Source: Demequinaceae bacterium | GTDB lineage: Bacteria > Actinomycetota > Actinomycetes > Actinomycetales > Demequinaceae | Assembly: GCA_965250005.1 (NCBI GenBank) | Contig: OZ252279.1 | Coordinates: forward strand, 240,001-272,000 | DNA: 32,000 bases | Direction of reading: 5' to 3' | The notes under the pieces: generated by a model | What the model was told of the DNA's origin: nothing | Database searches by the model: none | The model's input: the letters and a program-made list of their open reading frames with translations, nothing else | Program-made: the position numbers and the translations under genes | Part shown: piece after piece, positions 16,103 through 26,547 of the stretch | Position numbering within the stretch: position 1 is the stretch's first letter | Layout: each line of letters starts with the position of its first letter

Positions 16103-17463
16103 AGCCCGTCACCGCGGCGTGGATCGCCGATGCCGTGGGTGGCAGGCTGTCCGCGGCGGCGGACGTCGAGGTCAGCTCGGTTGAGAAGGACTCGCGCGAG
16201 TGCACTGCGGGCTCGCTGTACGTCGCACTGCCGGGCGAGCGTGCAGACGGGCACGATTATGTTGCAGCGGCCACCGCGGCCGGCGCGTGCCTGAGCCTGG
16301 TAACGCGAACGGTTGACGGGCCCTACGTCCTCGTTGACGATGCGGTCAAGGCTCTGGGCGAGCTTGCCCAGGCATACCTCGGATTGCTGCGCGTCGAGGG
16401 CGACATCGCGGTGATCGGGATTACCGGATCGGTGGGCAAGACCACCACCAAGGACGTTCTAGCCCAAGTGCTACCACACTGCGTTGCGCCCGTCGGTTCG
16501 TATAACAACGAGATCGGGCTGCCCCTGACGGTTCTCCGCGCGGATTCCCATACCCGGAACCTCGTGCTTGAGATGGGCGCGAATGGCGTGGGCCACATCG
16601 CCTACCTTGTAGGCGTCGCGCCGCTCGACATTGCTGTGGTGCTCGTCGTGGGCGAGGCGCACTTGGGCGAGTACGATTCTCCCAAGCAGCTCGCAGAGAC
16701 CAAAGCCGAGATCCTAGCGGGGCTGGTCGCGGGGGGAACTGCCATCCTCAACGCGGGGGACCCGCGCGTCGCGGCCATGGCCGACCGCGTCAAGAATGCC
16801 ACGCTGTTCGGAATCGGCCACGGCGACGTAAGCGCCGATGGGCTCACCGTCGTCGGCGGACGTGCTCGCTTCATACTCAGCGACGGTGCTTCCGCTGCGC
16901 CGGTCGAGCTCAGGCTCGTAGGCGAGCATCACGTGACCAACGCGCTTGCTGCCGCCAGCGTCGCGCTGGCAACAGGGATGAGCGTCCAGGATACTGCCGG
17001 CGCGCTTAGCGCGTCCGAGGCACTTAGCGCCCACCGGATGGCCGTCATCACCCGCGCCGACGGCGTCACCATCATCGACGACTCGTACAACGCTTCCCCC
17101 GAGTCCATGTGGGCGGCGATGCGCGCGCTCATGGACGTCGCGGCGGGAGGCCGCACCGTTGCGGTCCTGGGCGAGATGCTAGAGATGGGCGACGGTTCGA
17201 GATCTGCACACGCGGACCTCGGCGAGCGCGTCGTCCGGCTCGGAATCGACAAGCTGCTGGTAGTTGGACCGGGAGCAAAGCCGACATTCGATGCGGCCGT
17301 TCTCGAAGGGTCATGGGGAGAAGAGGCGGCGTACGTCGCTACCATCGAGGAAGCGCGGAACCACCTCGATGGTCAACTGGTCTCGGGAGATACCGTGCTA
17401 ATCAAGGCGTCACACGGTGCTGACCTGTGGCGTCTTGCTGACCAGATGGAGGGAGCAGCGTAG
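16099..17463 (+). CDS. murF: UDP-N-acetylmuramoyl-tripeptide-D-alanyl-D-alanine ligase MurF
   Basis: GITGSVGKTTTKDVLAQVL, NNEIGLPLTVL, LEMGANGVGHIAYL, IIDDSYNASPESMWAAM, AVLGEMLEMGDGS. GTGA overlap with murE. Confidence 0.95.
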   Translation: MKPVTAAWIADAVGGRLSAAADVEVSSVEKDSRECTAGSLYVALPGERADGHDYVAAATAAGACLSLVTRTVDGPYVLVDDAVKALGELAQAYLGLLRVEGDIAVIGITGSVGKTTTKDVLAQVLPHCVAPVGSYNNEIGLPLTVLRADSHTRNLVLEMGANGVGHIAYLVGVAPLDIAVVLVVGEAHLGEYDSPKQLAETKAEILAGLVAGGTAILNAGDPRVAAMADRVKNATLFGIGHGDVSADGLTVVGGRARFILSDGASAAPVELRLVGEHHVTNALAAASVALATGMSVQDTAGALSASEALSAHRMAVITRADGVTIIDDSYNASPESMWAAMRALMDVAAGGRTVAVLGEMLEMGDGSRSAHADLGERVVRLGIDKLLVVGPGAKPTFDAAVLEGSWGEEAAYVATIEEARNHLDGQLVSGDTVLIKASHGADLWRLADQMEGAA

Positions 17464-18549
17464 ATGTTGGCGATTGTCATCGCGGGCGGGATCGGCTTGT
17501 TGATCTCGCTACTGGGCACACCTTTGTTCATCCGCTTCCTCACACGCCGTCAGTACGGACAGTTCATCCGCCACGACGGGCCGGCGTCGCACCACGTCAA
17601 GCGCGGCACCCCGACCATGGGTGGCGTCGTCATCATCCTGGCCGCCGTTGTGGCGTGGCTGGGCGCCAACTTTGCCACCGGCCGCACCCCGGACGCGTCG
17701 TCGATGCTCGTGGTACTGCTGGTGGTCGGCCTGGGACTGGTGGGCCTCGCCGACGATGTCATCAAGATCTCCCAGGAACGCTCGCTAGGCCTCAAGGCAC
17801 GCTGGAAGATCATGGGCCAGGCCGCCGTCGGGATCGCATTCGGGTACCTGGCGCTGCAGTTTCCGAATGAAGCAGGAGTTACTCCCGGCTCGACTGCGAT
17901 CTCGTTCTTGCGCGACACGTCACTCGACCTCGCCGTGTTTGGGACCACCGCCGGAGTGGTGTTGTTCCTCATTTGGGCCAACTTCCTCATCACTGCGTGG
18001 TCCAACGCCGTCAACCTGACGGACGGACTCGATGGGCTCGCCTCGGGAGCGTCGGCCATATTCTTCATTACCTACGTGCTCGTGGGCATCTGGAAGTTCA
18101 ACGAGTCTTGCGTTCGCCCCGACGCAATTGCGAGCATCTGCTACGACGCGCGTGACCCGCGGGACCTGGCGATCCTCGCCGCAGCACTCACCGGCGCGAC
18201 CTTCGGGTTCCTCTGGTGGAATGCGTCGCCCGCGAAGATATTCATGGGCGACACAGGTTCGCTCGCGCTTGGAGGCGCCGTTGCCGGTCTCACGATCGTT
18301 TCGCGCACGGAGCTCTTGGGCGCGATCATTGGCGGATTGTTCGTCATCATCATGCTTTCCGTTATCTTGCAGGTTGCGGGATTCAAGATGACGGGTAAGC
18401 GGATCTTCAAGATGGCGCCGCTCCATCATCATTTTGAGCAACTTGGGTGGGGCGAGGTCACTATCGTTACGCGGTTCTGGATCATCGCTGGACTCTTCAC
18501 CGCGACCGGCATGGGCGTGTTCTACACCGAGTGGATCGCCTCGCTGTGA
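17464..18549 (+). CDS. mraY: Phospho-N-acetylmuramoyl-pentapeptide-transferase MraY
   Basis: Polytopic; [72 protein letters not shown]. Confidence 0.96.
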   Translation: MLAIVIAGGIGLLISLLGTPLFIRFLTRRQYGQFIRHDGPASHHVKRGTPTMGGVVIILAAVVAWLGANFATGRTPDASSMLVVLLVVGLGLVGLADDVIKISQERSLGLKARWKIMGQAAVGIAFGYLALQFPNEAGVTPGSTAISFLRDTSLDLAVFGTTAGVVLFLIWANFLITAWSNAVNLTDGLDGLASGASAIFFITYVLVGIWKFNESCVRPDAIASICYDARDPRDLAILAAALTGATFGFLWWNASPAKIFMGDTGSLALGGAVAGLTIVSRTELLGAIIGGLFVIIMLSVILQVAGFKMTGKRIFKMAPLHHHFEQLGWGEVTIVTRFWIIAGLFTATGMGVFYTEWIASL

Positions 18550-19910
18550 ACCTCGCGGGCAAGCGCGTTCTCGTGCTCGGCCTTGGGGTGACGGGGCGAG
18601 CCGCCCTGGCCGCGCTGATCGACGCGGGCGCGCACGCCGTCACCGTCGATCGATCCGGACGCGGCCAACACGCCGACATAGCCGAGGTTGACCTGGCTGC
18701 GATTGATCTGGCTATCGCGTCCCCGGGATGGTCTCCGCACGGCGCGGCCCTCACCACAGTGGAGGCCGCAGGTATCGAAGTTTGGAGCGAGGTCGAGCTC
18801 GCGTGGCGCTTGCGCAACCCGTCAACGCCCTGGGTCCTGGTGACCGGCACCAACGGCAAGACCACAACGGTGCAGATGATTGGCGCGATGGCCAGCGCAG
18901 CCGGGCTTGCGCACGCCGTGGTCGGCAACGTGGGCGACACCGTGGTCGAGGCATCGGCCAAACCGCTGGACCTGCTCGTGGTCGAAATCTCAAGCTTTCA
19001 GCTTCACTACACGCGAACGGTGTCGCCTCTCGCCGCTGTAGTCCTGAACGTCGACGATGATCACCTCGACTGGCACGGGGGGCGCACCGCGTACCGCGCA
19101 GCTAAGGCCAAGGTGTTTGAGCGTGTGCAGTTTGCGTGTGTCTACCCCGCGCGAAGCGAAGCGATCCGGCGCATGATCGAAGAAGCCACGGTGGGAGAGG
19201 GCTGCCGGGCGGTCGGCCTGACGCTGGGAGCGCCCGACGTGTCGCAACTTGGCGTGGTCGAGGACGTCCTGTGCGACCGCGCGTTCATGAGCGACCGGCG
19301 CACGCACGCGATCGAGATCGCTTCGATCGACGATCTCGCGCATATCTCAGGCGGGACCGTTCCGCCTTACCTCGCACTCAACGCACTCGCGGCGGCGGCC
19401 CTAGCGCGCGCGGCGGGTATTGAGCCCGATCACATTCGTGCCGCACTGCGGGATTTCAGCCTCGACGCGCACCGCACCGATCGTGTCCGAACGGTCGCGG
19501 GCGTGGCCTACATCGACGACTCCAAGGCCACCAACACCCACGCGGCGCGGGCCGCATTCGGCGCGATGCCCGATTCGAGCGTCGTATGGATCGCGGGCGG
19601 GCTTGCGAAGGGGGCCGACTACGCGCCCTTAATCGAGCACATTGCGCCCAAGCTTCGCGCGGTGGTACTCATTGGCGAGGACTCGGCCGCGTTGCAGGCG
19701 GCGTGTGCGCGACACGCACCCGGAATCCCTATCGACACGGTGGCACCAGGCGAAACTGTCATGAAGCGGGCGGTTCTCGCCGCTCGTGAACGTGCGCGCG
19801 CGGGCGACAGAGTGTTGCTGTCTCCTGCGAGCGCATCTATGGATCAGTTCCGCGATTATGCGGACAGAGGCGACGCCTTTGCCGCGGAGGTCGAGGCGCT
19901 GAAAGATTAG
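18546..19910 (+). CDS. murD: UDP-N-acetylmuramoylalanine-D-glutamate ligase MurD
   Basis: [99 protein letters not shown]. Start GTG 18546 overlaps mraY stop; ORF-track start 18447 is inside mraY. Confidence 0.95.
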   Translation: MNLAGKRVLVLGLGVTGRAALAALIDAGAHAVTVDRSGRGQHADIAEVDLAAIDLAIASPGWSPHGAALTTVEAAGIEVWSEVELAWRLRNPSTPWVLVTGTNGKTTTVQMIGAMASAAGLAHAVVGNVGDTVVEASAKPLDLLVVEISSFQLHYTRTVSPLAAVVLNVDDDHLDWHGGRTAYRAAKAKVFERVQFACVYPARSEAIRRMIEEATVGEGCRAVGLTLGAPDVSQLGVVEDVLCDRAFMSDRRTHAIEIASIDDLAHISGGTVPPYLALNALAAAALARAAGIEPDHIRAALRDFSLDAHRTDRVRTVAGVAYIDDSKATNTHAARAAFGAMPDSSVVWIAGGLAKGADYAPLIEHIAPKLRAVVLIGEDSAALQAACARHAPGIPIDTVAPGETVMKRAVLAARERARAGDRVLLSPASASMDQFRDYADRGDAFAAEVEALKD

Positions 19911-19919
19911 GAGGCGGGC

Positions 19920-21140
19920 ATGGCAGTGACAGAAGTGCGCGCGTCCGAGCGCGCGGGGCTTGACCGGTCGCCCGTCGCCACGTACTACCTGCTTGGCGCG
20001 GCTACCGCGATGCTCGTACTCGTGGGTCTCGCGGTTGTTTTGTCGTCGTCGTCAATCGACTCGATCAAGGAGGAGGGCGATGCGTACGCGCTCTTCAAGG
20101 CTCAACTGGTCTCGCTCGTCATTGGTGTGGTGCTGCTGGTTGTAGCAAGCCGGCTCGCGCCCTTGACTTACAAGCGCGCTGCGCCGTGGGCGCTCGCGTT
20201 CAGCGTCGTGCTCCTCTTCCTTGTCGCGACTTCGCCGCTCGGATTGTCCGAGGGTGGCAACAAGAACTGGATCGACCTCGGATTCCTTACCGCCCAGCCG
20301 AGCGAAGTGGCCAAGCTCGGCCTCGCCCTGTACTTGGGGCTCGCACTGTCTCAGCAGCGCCACAAACTTACGTCGATCAAGCGGGCCATGCTGCCCGCGG
20401 GTCTCATTGCGATGCTCGTGATCGGGCTGGTACTTGCCGGGCGGGATCTTGGCACCGCAACGGTGCTGATTTTGCTGGTGGCCGCGGCGTTCTGGACGGC
20501 AGGCCTTCCTGTCCGATTCTTTGTGCTTGGAACTAGCGCTGCCGTCGGGCTGGTCGTCGCGATGATCCTGTCTTTCCAGAACCTCTACGATCGCGTGGCC
20601 GTGTGGATGTCGCCCACGTGCGACGCCACGGCAGAGTGCTTCCAGGTCACGCATGGCACCTGGGCGCTTGCGTCCGGCGGGGTGTGGGGACTCGGCCCAG
20701 GTCTTTCGCGTGAGAAATGGTCGCTGCTGCCTAAGCCGCACAATGACTTCATATACGCGATTCTGGGGGAAGAGTTTGGGCTGATCGGCACGGTGTTCGT
20801 TCTGGTCGCGCTTGCGATGATCGTGATCGCGGTCAATCGGCTGGTTCGCCGTAGCCGCGATCTGTTCGTTCAGGTCACGTCCGCTGCAATCGGCGTGTGG
20901 ATCGTGGGCCAGGCAAGCCTGAATATCGCTGTGGTTCTTGGCTTGGTTCCGGTGACGGGCGTGCCGCTGCCGTTCATCTCGTCAGGCGGGTCGTCGCTGG
21001 TGATGTCTCTTATTGGTATGGGAGTTCTGCTTGCGTTCGCGCGGCGCGAGCCCGGAGCGGCGGAGGCTCTCGATACTCGCGGGTCCGTTGTGCGTAAGTC
21101 TCTCGCGGTTGTTTCGCGCGGCCGGAGGTCGCGTGGCTAA
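19920..21140 (+). CDS. ftsW: SEDS-family peptidoglycan polymerase FtsW
   Basis: Polytopic; YKRAAPWALAFSVVLLF, NWIDLGFLTAQPSEVAKLGLALYL, GTATVLILLVAAAFW, ALASGGVWGLGPGLSREKWSLLPKPHNDFIYAILGEEFGLIG, GLVPVTGVPLPFISSGGSSL. Confidence 0.95.
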   Translation: MAVTEVRASERAGLDRSPVATYYLLGAATAMLVLVGLAVVLSSSSIDSIKEEGDAYALFKAQLVSLVIGVVLLVVASRLAPLTYKRAAPWALAFSVVLLFLVATSPLGLSEGGNKNWIDLGFLTAQPSEVAKLGLALYLGLALSQQRHKLTSIKRAMLPAGLIAMLVIGLVLAGRDLGTATVLILLVAAAFWTAGLPVRFFVLGTSAAVGLVVAMILSFQNLYDRVAVWMSPTCDATAECFQVTHGTWALASGGVWGLGPGLSREKWSLLPKPHNDFIYAILGEEFGLIGTVFVLVALAMIVIAVNRLVRRSRDLFVQVTSAAIGVWIVGQASLNIAVVLGLVPVTGVPLPFISSGGSSLVMSLIGMGVLLAFARREPGAAEALDTRGSVVRKSLAVVSRGRRSRG

Positions 21141-22251
21141 GACAATTCTTCTCGCAGGTGGTGGGACAGCGGGGCACGTGAATCCGCTTCTCGCAACCGC
21201 GGCCGAGCTCCAAGACCGGGGACATACGGTCGTAGCGCTTGGCACAGCCGAGGGTCTCGAGTCCGAGCTCGTTCCGCTCGCACGCTTGGAGTTTCGGTTG
21301 GTGCCCCGTGTTCCCATGCCGCGGCGCCCAGGGCTCGGCTTGCTGCGCTTTCCGGGCAGAATGCGCGCGGCTATTCACGCTGCCCGAGCAGCTATTGACG
21401 AGGTTAAGCCCGACGCTGTCGTCGGGTTCGGTGGCTATGTTTCGACGCCCGCGTATCTTGCGGCGAGGAAGGCGAACGTGCCAGTGGTCGTTCACGAGGC
21501 GAACGCGCGCGCGGGTCTCGCTAATCGCCTGGGCGCCAGGTTCGCCGCGGGCGTCGCGGTCACATTTGAGGGCACCGGACTGAGCGGCGAGATTACGACG
21601 GGCATGCCGCTGCGTCCTGGGATCGCCGCGCTCGCATCGGCCCGGCGCGAGCCTGAGAGCCACTGGCTCGCGCGCGCGCAGGCGCGCAAGTCGCTCGGAT
21701 GGGACATGGCCACACCTGCGGCCCTCATCATGGGAGGTTCTCTGGGTGCGGCGAGCATCAACTCCGCGGTCGTTAACTCGATCGAGTCACTTGTGTCGCA
21801 TGGCATCACCGTGCTTCACCTCACGGGAGCAGGCAAGGCGATCGAGGCGGAGCGCGCGTTCGGCGCGCTGCCCGCCAGGCTCCGCCCGCATTACGTTGTG
21901 CGCGAGTACATGCACGATATGAACGAAGCGTTCGCGGCGGTGGACGCCGTCGTGTGCCGAAGCGGCTCAGGAACGGTCGCCGAAGTCAGTGCGCTGTGCC
22001 TGCCAGCGCTCTACGTTCCGCTGCCCATTGGAAATGGCGAGCAGGCGCTCAATGCTCGATTGGCTGTTGACGCGGGCGCGGCGACCTTGGTCGCAGATGA
22101 GAGGTTTGGTGCGGCGGCGCTCCAACTGGGGCTGGAGCGAATGCTGCTTGAGCCAGGGACGAACGAAGATATGGCGATGGCGGCGCTCACGGTGGGCATC
22201 GTTGACGGTGCGACGCGCCTTTCCGACATGATCGAGGACGCCGCGCTGTGA
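21133..22251 (+). CDS. murG: UDP-N-acetylglucosamine transferase MurG
   Basis: VAKTILLAGGGTAGHVNPLLATAAEL, DAVVGFGGYVSTPAYLAARKANVPVVVHEANARAGLANRLG, REYMHDMNEAFAAVDAVVCRSGSGTVAEVSALCLPALYVPLPIGNGEQALNA. GTG 21133 overlaps ftsW by 8 nt. Confidence 0.95.
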   Translation: MAKTILLAGGGTAGHVNPLLATAAELQDRGHTVVALGTAEGLESELVPLARLEFRLVPRVPMPRRPGLGLLRFPGRMRAAIHAARAAIDEVKPDAVVGFGGYVSTPAYLAARKANVPVVVHEANARAGLANRLGARFAAGVAVTFEGTGLSGEITTGMPLRPGIAALASARREPESHWLARAQARKSLGWDMATPAALIMGGSLGAASINSAVVNSIESLVSHGITVLHLTGAGKAIEAERAFGALPARLRPHYVVREYMHDMNEAFAAVDAVVCRSGSGTVAEVSALCLPALYVPLPIGNGEQALNARLAVDAGAATLVADERFGAAALQLGLERMLLEPGTNEDMAMAALTVGIVDGATRLSDMIEDAAL

Positions 22252-23609
22252 CAGTTGATCGCGCGCACTTCATTGGCGTGGGCGGGGCAGGCATGTCTGC
22301 CGTCGCGTGGCTGCTGCACAGCGCTGGCGTTACTGTCACCGGCTCCGACGCGGCCGACGGCCCGTACCTGCGGGCGCTAGCTCAGCGGGGCTTGGATGTG
22401 CGAGTGGGACACGACCCCGCGTTGGTCGCCGGCGTGGACGCCGTAGTAGTGACGTCAGCGCTGAGGGAGGAAAACGTGGAATTGGTCGCCTCTCGTGCGG
22501 CGGGTGTCGCGGTGTGGCACCGGTCGGAAGCGCTCGTACGCGCCGTCGACGGCAAGCGAGTCATCGCCGTGGCGGGAGCCCATGGAAAAACCACGACAGC
22601 GGCGATGACGGCGCACATGCTGCAGGCAAGCGGAATCGATGCGACCTTCGCGATCGGCGCTCCGGTGCTCGGCGTGGACGGCGCTGTGGGTGGAGCCTAC
22701 GCGGGCACCGCAGACGTAGCGGTGATCGAGGCGGACGAGTCCGATAAGTCGTTCCTTGCCTACAGTCCTGAGGTGTCCATCATCACGAACGTCGAGCCCG
22801 ACCACCTGGACCATTACGAGACCGCCGAGGCGGTTGTCGCTGCCTTCGGTGAATTCGCTGCCAAGGCGCCGACGCTCGTGGTATGCGTGGATGATGCGGG
22901 GGCGGCTGCAATCGGCGAGGATGCTCGCCGCGCGGGCACCACTGTCGTTTACTACGGCGCCGACGAGTCGGCGGACGTAGCGGTCGCGCGGCAGGGAATC
23001 GTAGTTTCGGGCGAGCGCTACCCGTTGGAGCCAACGCAACCCGGCTGGCACAACAACCTCAACGCGGCGGCCGCGTGGGCAGCCGCTACGGCGGTTGGCG
23101 CTGACGCGTTGATCGCAGCGTCGGCGGCAGCGACATTCGCGGGCACGGGGCGCCGCTACGAACTTCGTGGAACGGCGGATGGGGTGCGCGTTATCGACGA
23201 TTACGCCCACCATCCCACGGAGATCGAAGCACTACTCGCGGCGGCTCGCCTTGATGCCGGCGATGCACGCGTAGTGGTCCTATTCCAGCCCCACTTGTAC
23301 TCCAGAACCCGCTTGCTCGCACATGACTTCGCCGCCGCGCTCGCAAAGCCCGGCGTCGACGTGGTGATTGCGGGCATCTACGGAGCGCGCGAAGACCCCG
23401 AGCCCGGAGTGGGTCCGCAGACTATCACAGAATTGATCCCCGAGGGGCAGACGATCCACGCGGTCGACGACCTCAGGCTCGCCGCCGCATCCGCCGCAGC
23501 ACTCACGCAACCGGGGGACACGCTGCTCACCGTAGGGGCGGGCTCGGTCACGGCCGCCGCCGGTTGGATTCTCGAGCTGCTACGCACCCGACAGGCCATG
23601 CGTGGCTAG
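22248..23609 (+). CDS. murC: UDP-N-acetylmuramate-L-alanine ligase MurC
   Basis: HFIGVGGAGMSAVAWLLHSAGVTVTGSDA, GAHGKTTTAAMTAHML, EADESDKSFL, NVEPDHLDHY, VIDDYAHHPTEIEALLAAAR, FQPHLYSRTRLL. GTGA overlap with murG. Confidence 0.96.
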   Translation: MTVDRAHFIGVGGAGMSAVAWLLHSAGVTVTGSDAADGPYLRALAQRGLDVRVGHDPALVAGVDAVVVTSALREENVELVASRAAGVAVWHRSEALVRAVDGKRVIAVAGAHGKTTTAAMTAHMLQASGIDATFAIGAPVLGVDGAVGGAYAGTADVAVIEADESDKSFLAYSPEVSIITNVEPDHLDHYETAEAVVAAFGEFAAKAPTLVVCVDDAGAAAIGEDARRAGTTVVYYGADESADVAVARQGIVVSGERYPLEPTQPGWHNNLNAAAAWAAATAVGADALIAASAAATFAGTGRRYELRGTADGVRVIDDYAHHPTEIEALLAAARLDAGDARVVVLFQPHLYSRTRLLAHDFAAALAKPGVDVVIAGIYGAREDPEPGVGPQTITELIPEGQTIHAVDDLRLAAASAAALTQPGDTLLTVGAGSVTAAAGWILELLRTRQAMRG

Positions 23610-24438
23610 GGGCCGGGCGCCCGCTCGGACGGGCCCCCGCGCAGCGACCCCCGCGCAGACGCGCGCACCAAGCACGGTCACCAATCGGATGCAAGAACGG
23701 CTTGCGGAACAGGCCAGGGCCGATGCGGTGCGTCGCAGCCGCAGATCCGCCGCCTGGTGGCTCGCCTTTTTCGCGCTTGGCGCGGCTGGATGGGTTGTGT
23801 GGCTCTCGCCCGTCTTCGCACTGGATCGAGACGCGATCATTGTCCATGTCGAGGCGGGTTTGAGCACGGGAGACACGAGCGTGAGCGCGGCATCGATTGT
23901 CGCGGCTCTTGAGCCATTTGCGGGAACTCCGCTGACGCGAATCGACATGGGTGCGGCGACAGCTGCGGTGCGGGAGCTTGAGGGCGTCCGCGATGTCACG
24001 GTCGCGCGCGCCTGGCCGAATGGCCTGGAGGTCACGGCTCTCGAGCGGGTCGCGGTTGCCGCCGTGCCCGATCTCGCTGGGGGGTTCTACCTGGTTGATG
24101 CCGATGGCGATCCCCTGACAGCGAGCGCGTCCCCTCCCGGCGAGCTGCCGGTGGTGGTGGTGCCCGTTGGCGCGGAGCACGTGCGCGTGTTGAGGGCCGT
24201 CCTGGGAGTCGTGGGTCAGTTGCCACCCGAGCTCACGGCGCTCGTGGAGGGAATTCGCGCCGAGACTGAGGACTCGGTGGAATTCGACCTTCGCGATGGA
24301 CCGCCCGTGCTTTGGGGGAGCGCTGAACAGACGCCTCTCAAGGCCGAGGTGCTGCTGTTGCTGATTGAGTCCGGGCAAACAGATGGCGTCACTGCCGTTG
24401 ATGTGTCGGCGCCGACGTTGCCGATAGTGGTTGATTAG
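23602..24438 (+). CDS. ftsQ: Cell division protein FtsQ (POTRA domain)
   Basis: Basic N-terminus, one TM (WWLAFFALGAAGWVVWLSPVFAL), POTRA-like GTPLTRIDMGAATAAVRELEGVRDVTVARAWPNGLEVTALERVAVAAV, located between murC and ftsZ. Confidence 0.9.
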   Translation: MARGRAPARTGPRAATPAQTRAPSTVTNRMQERLAEQARADAVRRSRRSAAWWLAFFALGAAGWVVWLSPVFALDRDAIIVHVEAGLSTGDTSVSAASIVAALEPFAGTPLTRIDMGAATAAVRELEGVRDVTVARAWPNGLEVTALERVAVAAVPDLAGGFYLVDADGDPLTASASPPGELPVVVVPVGAEHVRVLRAVLGVVGQLPPELTALVEGIRAETEDSVEFDLRDGPPVLWGSAEQTPLKAEVLLLLIESGQTDGVTAVDVSAPTLPIVVD

Positions 24439-24560
24439 TGCCCGCCCACCCCTACGCGCGGCTGCAGTTATCGGCGTTTTTGGGGCGACACGCGCGGCGT
24501 TCACTGACGCACCGCGCCACGGACCTTACCGTTGCGGTGGATACACCTGACATAACGCTG

Positions 24561-24577
24561 ACCCTCAACTAGAGGGT
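24561..24577 (+). promoter_or_regulatory. Inverted repeat upstream of ftsZ (ACCCTC-aacta-GAGGGT)
   Basis: Perfect 6-bp arms with 5-nt spacer, imperfectly extended outward by AAC (24554..24556) / GTT (24582..24584), in the 163-nt gap between ftsQ and ftsZ, the largest gap inside the mraZ-pgeF run. Confidence 0.5.
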
Positions 24578-24601
24578 TAATGTTGAACGAAAGGGCAGCT
24601 C

Positions 24602-25744
24602 GTGGCCTCACCCGGAAACTACATCACGGCTATCAAGGTCGTCGGAGTAGGCGGCGGCGGCGTAAACGCCGTCAATCGCATGATCGAGGTCGGCCTCCGC
24701 GGCGCAGAATTCATCGCCATCAACACCGACGCCCAGGCGTTGCTGATGTCCGACGCGGACGTCAAGTTGGACATCGGGCGCGACCTGACGCGCGGGCTGG
24801 GCGCGGGCGCAAATCCCGAAGTTGGCCGTCAGGCCACCGAGGATCACCTCGAAGAGATCAAAGAAGCCCTCCAGGGCGCCGACATGGTCTTCGTGACCGC
24901 AGGGGAAGGCGGAGGCACCGGAACCGGCGGCGCACCCGTCGTGGCGCGCGTCGCCCGTGAAATGGGAGCTCTCACCGTTGGCGTGGTTACCAAGCCGTTC
25001 AGCTTCGAAGGCCGCCGCCGGGCAGATCAGGCAGAGGTCGGGATCGAGGCGCTGCGAAGCCAGGTGGACACGCTCATCGTGATCCCCAACGACCGGCTGC
25101 TTGACATCTCTGACCGCCAGCTGAGTTTGCTCGGCGCCTTCGCTGCAGCGGACCAGGTACTCCAGGGCGGCGTCCAAGGAATCACGGACCTTATCACAAC
25201 GCCCGGCCTTATCAACGTGGACTTCAACGACGTCCGTAGCGTGATGCAGGGCGCCGGGACCGCGCTCATGGGGGTCAACTCGGCGCGTGGAGACGATCGC
25301 GCGATCGAGGCAGCCTTGGCGGCCATTTCGTCACCGCTACTCGAGGTGAGCATCGAAGGCGCGCACGGCGTGCTGCTCAGCGTTGCCGGCGGCTCGGATC
25401 TTGGAATCAAAGAGGTGGAGGCCGCGGCGCGCTTGGTGCGTGAGGCTGCCCACCCCGAGGCCAACATAATTTTCGGTACCGTCATCGACGACGCCCTCGG
25501 GGACGAGATTCGCATCACCATTATTGCCGCCGGGTTCGATGGGGGAGCACCGCCGGTGCGTCGTCACCCGGGAGCTCTGGGGCAGGTGGACGGAGCTGTT
25601 CCGGCACCCGCCGTCGCCGCCGTCGCGACCAAAGACATGCCTCTGCCGGTTGCGGTATCCGCGCACGACGGCGCCTCAGACGACACTATGACGATGGACA
25701 TGCCGGGCGACGACGGTCTGGATATCCCCGACTTCCTAAAGTAG
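24602..25744 (+). CDS. ftsZ: Cell division protein FtsZ
   Basis: [47 protein letters not shown] tubulin signature, [19 protein letters not shown]-terminal DIPDFLK conserved peptide. GTG start 24602. Confidence 0.98.
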   Translation: MASPGNYITAIKVVGVGGGGVNAVNRMIEVGLRGAEFIAINTDAQALLMSDADVKLDIGRDLTRGLGAGANPEVGRQATEDHLEEIKEALQGADMVFVTAGEGGGTGTGGAPVVARVAREMGALTVGVVTKPFSFEGRRRADQAEVGIEALRSQVDTLIVIPNDRLLDISDRQLSLLGAFAAADQVLQGGVQGITDLITTPGLINVDFNDVRSVMQGAGTALMGVNSARGDDRAIEAALAAISSPLLEVSIEGAHGVLLSVAGGSDLGIKEVEAAARLVREAAHPEANIIFGTVIDDALGDEIRITIIAAGFDGGAPPVRRHPGALGQVDGAVPAPAVAAVATKDMPLPVAVSAHDGASDDTMTMDMPGDDGLDIPDFLK

Positions 25745-26460
25745 TGGCCTTCCTGAACGCCGGCCTTCCGGTCCACGCGTTCTTCACGACCCGCGCGGAC
25801 GGCGTGAGCAGTTCGCCGTACGATTCACTCAACGTCGCTTATCACGTGGGCGACGTGGCCGCCTACGTTGACGGCAACCGCGCGTTGGTCGAGAAGCGCG
25901 CAGGCGCCCCCGTCGCCTACATGTCGCAGGTCCACGGCAACAACGTGTCGGTCGTGAGTGACGCCGGTCAGGCCCCCGAGTCCGACGCGTTGGTGACCGC
26001 TACCCCCGGCCTCGCTGTAGCCGTCATGGTTGCCGACTGTGTCCCAATTCTCATGCATGATGCGGGCACCGGTGCCGTCGCCGCCGTCCACGCGGGGCGC
26101 ATGGGTGTCGACAACGGGATCGTTGCCGCCACGGTCGACGCGCTACACGCGCTGGGCGCAAAAAATCGAACCATTTCCGTGAACATTGGCCCGGCCATCT
26201 GTGGCGCCTGCTACGAGGTGCCTGCGGACATGCAGGGGGCGCTCGCTTCCCGGTGGCCGTCGGCGCACGCAACCACGTCGTGGGGAACGCCATCACTCGA
26301 CTTGCCCGCAGCCGTGTGGTCTCAGATAGCGGACGTGGGGATCCACAACATCAGTCGGATCCACATGTGCTCCCGCGAACGAGAAGACATGTTCTCCCAC
26401 CGCCGCGATGGCGCGACTGGCCGGTTCGCGGGCGTCATCGTGTGCGAGGGGGCGCCGTAA
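25744..26460 (+). CDS. pgeF: Multicopper polyphenol oxidase/laccase-domain protein (PgeF/YfiH family)
   Basis: FFTTRADGVSSSPYDSLNVAYHVGD, QVHGNNVSVV, DALVTATPGLAVAVMVADCVPILMHDAGTGAVAAVHAGRMGVDNGI, GPAICGACYEVP. Follows ftsZ with 1-nt overlap. Confidence 0.92.
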   Translation: MAFLNAGLPVHAFFTTRADGVSSSPYDSLNVAYHVGDVAAYVDGNRALVEKRAGAPVAYMSQVHGNNVSVVSDAGQAPESDALVTATPGLAVAVMVADCVPILMHDAGTGAVAAVHAGRMGVDNGIVAATVDALHALGAKNRTISVNIGPAICGACYEVPADMQGALASRWPSAHATTSWGTPSLDLPAAVWSQIADVGIHNISRIHMCSREREDMFSHRRDGATGRFAGVIVCEGAP

Positions 26461-26547
26461 GGCTGGCGTGTCGCTCCCCCGAGTTCAAGGCGCCGCGGCC
26501 TACCGTGGTGTGACAGATGTGACTACCAGAAACGTCGGAGGTTGGTG

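Noticed and set aside
20052-20741. 229-aa minus-strand ORF inside ftsW
   Set aside because: Antisense to a clear FtsW; Arg/His/Gln-rich translation typical of GC-driven open frames.
21010-21663. 217-aa minus-strand ORF opposite murG
   Set aside because: Antisense to conserved MurG motifs; no domain, no RBS support.
22455-23213. 252-aa minus-strand ORF opposite murC
   Set aside because: Antisense to conserved MurC catalytic motifs; compositional artefact.
23548-24504. 318-aa minus-strand ORF opposite ftsQ
   Set aside because: Large, but low-complexity RRGG/HH-rich translation with no domain. FtsQ on the plus strand has proper TM and POTRA features and correct synteny.
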